A DNA stretch of 64,000 nt from Candidatus Latescibacterota bacterium (GTDB lineage: Bacteria; Latescibacterota; UBA2968; GCA-2709665). The stretch spans positions 1,120,001-1,184,000 of the forward strand of contig OZ244744.1 in NCBI GenBank assembly GCA_965219455.1, written 5' to 3'. How positions within the stretch are numbered: the first letter of the stretch is position 1; each line of letters opens with the position of its first letter. The position numbers and the translations under genes were made by a program. The notes below the pieces were generated by a model. That model had not been told where the DNA came from. It did no database searches and worked only from the letters and a program-made list of their open reading frames with translations. Of the stretch, positions 61,801-64,000 are shown one piece after another.

Positions 61801-63072
61801 ATGCAGAGCCGGGTTGCGGTTTTAAAAACCAGACCAGGAACCGTCCTGAGAGATTATCACAGGCTTATGAACCTGGCAGGATACCAGGACGTCCTGGACA
61901 GGAAGCTCGACACCGCCCTGAAGGTCAATATTTCCTGGCATTTCTTTTACCCCGGCAGTTCCACGACGCCATGGCAACTCGAAGGCGTGATCCGCGCCAT
62001 GGCAAAAGACGGCTATCACAAGGACTTGATGCATGCATGCCACAACCGGACAGTCGTGATTGACGCCCGTCTGGGCGAGCGTGAGAACAAACAGGTCCAC
62101 GTCGTAAACACCCACGGCCTTCGGAATATCCACCTCTACGAAGGCGAAGAATGGATCCACATCCGGGATGCGGTGGGCAATCTCACCGACGAGTTCCTGT
62201 GCCTGAACCAGGTCTACCCCGAGGGCTTTCACATTCCCAGGCGCCTGATAGGGGAGAACATCGTCCACCTGCCCACCGTAAAGACCCACGTATTTACCAC
62301 CACAACCGGGGCCATGAAAAACGCCTTCGGCGGTCTCCTCAACGAACGGCGCCACTGGACCCATCCGGTCATCCACGAGACCCTGGTGGACCTGTTGATG
62401 ATCCAAAAGAGAATCCACCCCGGCGTATTCGCCGTAATGGACGGCACCTTTGCCGGAGACGGACCCGGCCCCAGATGTATGATACCCTATGCCAAAAATG
62501 TCATCCTGGCGGGCGCGGACCAGGTGGCCATCGATGCGGTGGCCGCTAAGATGATGGGGATGGATCCGCTTTCAATCAAATACATCCGGCTCGCGCACGA
62601 CCGCGGTCTGGGTTGCGGCGACCCGCGCCGGATTCAGATTGTGGGAGATCCGGCCGCGGCCGAAGAAAACTGGCAATTCGCAGGCCCCTTCCGTAAGATG
62701 ACCTTTGCCTCCCGAATGCAGCATAAAATCTACTGGGGGCCTCTCAAAAAGCCCGTCGAGTGGTCGCTCAAGACCTTCCTGGCGCCCTGGTCCTATCTCG
62801 CCAGCGTTCTCTACCACGACAGCTTCTGGTATCCGTTTTTCGCCAGGAAACGAATGCGGGAAGTTCTGGAAAGCGACTGGGGCCGGCTCTTCAGAAACTG
62901 GGAGGGCCTGGCCCCCTCGGAAGACGGATTCGAGAGCGTGGGAGATGCCGCCGCCGAGATCCGCCGCACCGGGTTCACCGCCTTCAGGCGTTCCCTTGGC
63001 ATCCTTGTTTCCTGTGTTCGAGAAGCGCCGGAATTTCTCACCCTGCGAAAGAGGCAGACCAGGCAGAAGTGA
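61801..63072 (+). CDS. DUF362 domain (Fe-S) protein
   Basis: LKVN, LPTVKTH...TGAMKN, DG...GDGPGP and DQVAIDAV motifs. Confidence 0.85.
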   Translation: MQSRVAVLKTRPGTVLRDYHRLMNLAGYQDVLDRKLDTALKVNISWHFFYPGSSTTPWQLEGVIRAMAKDGYHKDLMHACHNRTVVIDARLGERENKQVHVVNTHGLRNIHLYEGEEWIHIRDAVGNLTDEFLCLNQVYPEGFHIPRRLIGENIVHLPTVKTHVFTTTTGAMKNAFGGLLNERRHWTHPVIHETLVDLLMIQKRIHPGVFAVMDGTFAGDGPGPRCMIPYAKNVILAGADQVAIDAVAAKMMGMDPLSIKYIRLAHDRGLGCGDPRRIQIVGDPAAAEENWQFAGPFRKMTFASRMQHKIYWGPLKKPVEWSLKTFLAPWSYLASVLYHDSFWYPFFARKRMREVLESDWGRLFRNWEGLAPSEDGFESVGDAAAEIRRTGFTAFRRSLGILVSCVREAPEFLTLRKRQTRQK

Positions 63073-64000
63073 GGCGTCGTCCACGTTCCATGCGTGTTCC
63101 TTCCACCGATCCGTTGGTCGCCGCCATCCGGCGCATCGCTCCCACCGCCGTTCCCGGTGCGTTCTCGGTTACGGAGATCCAGCCCGTTCCCCGGCATCCC
63201 AACGTCTGGAAAGTCGAACTCGGGAACGGATCACTCCTCGTCGCCAAACACCACGTATTCGCTCCCCTGGCACGCGGCAAACCCCACGACCTGCTGGCCG
63301 TTGAGCAACTTGCCCACGCGCGCCTTTTCGGGGCGCCCGTCCCCAGGCTCTATGCCGCCGATAATGACCACGACCTGGTCTTTTTTGAATGGTGCGGCGA
63401 CCACACGCTCGACGACGTCTGTCAGGATGGCGTCGCGGAAGTCTACGGCAGTCTCGCCGTGGAGGGTTTTTCCCGAATTCAATCCGTCTTTCACGCACAG
63501 GGCGACGTTTTCGCCCCGCGAACCGTTCCCGGCTGCCACCGGCCGGATCTGCGGCGGACCTGGCGCCGCGCCACCCAGCCGCTGATCCGGGACGTGCCAC
63601 GCCTTGCGGAGCGACTTTCAGGGCCCGTGGCCATCCACCGTATAGCGCGATTCCGAAAGGCGCTCTCCGACCTTCTCGAAAACCTCGACCGCGCCGCGCC
63701 GCTGCCCGGTCCTACCGACTATCACGCCCGCAATATCGTCATTAATCCAGCCGACCGGACTCTCCGATTTATTGAATTCTCCAAGATCGGCTGGGATTGG
63801 CCCGAACGTCGGCTGACCCAGTACACAACCTCGCACGGCGCCGGACGACCGGACGGCAGAACTTACAGCGCGCTTACGCCTGCTCTTAACACGCGATATG
63901 CCGCCCTGACAACCGAATACCGTGCAGAGTCGGAGACGGAGATTGCGGCCCTGCTGGACGGGCACCACTTTATCTTCCACCTCCTCGCCGCCCGGTCTCT
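63069..64000 (+). CDS. Partial aminoglycoside/choline-kinase-like phosphotransferase (runs off the window)
   Basis: GTG overlaps the upstream stop (alternative ATG at 63090); the same frame gives LLVAKH, PTDYHARNIV and RFIEFSKIG; absent from the ORF track, consistent with no stop in the window. Confidence 0.65.
   Translation, partial: MRRRPRSMRVPSTDPLVAAIRRIAPTAVPGAFSVTEIQPVPRHPNVWKVELGNGSLLVAKHHVFAPLARGKPHDLLAVEQLAHARLFGAPVPRLYAADNDHDLVFFEWCGDHTLDDVCQDGVAEVYGSLAVEGFSRIQSVFHAQGDVFAPRTVPGCHRPDLRRTWRRATQPLIRDVPRLAERLSGPVAIHRIARFRKALSDLLENLDRAAPLPGPTDYHARNIVINPADRTLRFIEFSKIGWDWPERRLTQYTTSHGAGRPDGRTYSALTPALNTRYAALTTEYRAESETEIAALLDGHHFIFHLLAARS

Overview
GC-rich bacterial chromosome segment from a diderm, probably FCB-superphylum-type organism (Latescibacterota/Gemmatimonadota-like; this is inferred from gene content only). 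In order: catabolic genes and bioA-bioD (1-6 kb); a four-gene minus-strand cluster at 6.0-12.5 kb (fatty acyl reductase, atypical acyltransferase, a strongly eukaryote-like alkyl-DHAP synthase and a DHRS7B/PexRAP-like SDR) that parallels the eukaryotic peroxisomal ether-lipid pathway and is the top finding; a lower-GC defence island at 12.6-24.7 kb (type II R-M pair, HNH-like and HEPN-like proteins, a REase-MTase fusion, a nuclease with a SeqA-like C-terminus), partly decaying; a ~550-bp tandem duplication built from REP-like motifs, followed by an intact group II intron; penicillin acylase; the ndk-yceD-rpmF-fabH-fabD-fabG-acpP-fabF-rnc cluster without plsX; a lipoate ligase; an uncharacterised GlmL-like ATPase/DUF6754/membrane-protein module interleaved with a split peptide ABC transporter; a gluzincin-TolB-Omp85 outer-membrane protein; and UbiA-type phosphoribosyltransferase, DUF362 and kinase-like genes. 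Several small MITEs are present. No rRNA, tRNA or CRISPR array was seen. All family assignments come from motif recognition, not database searches.
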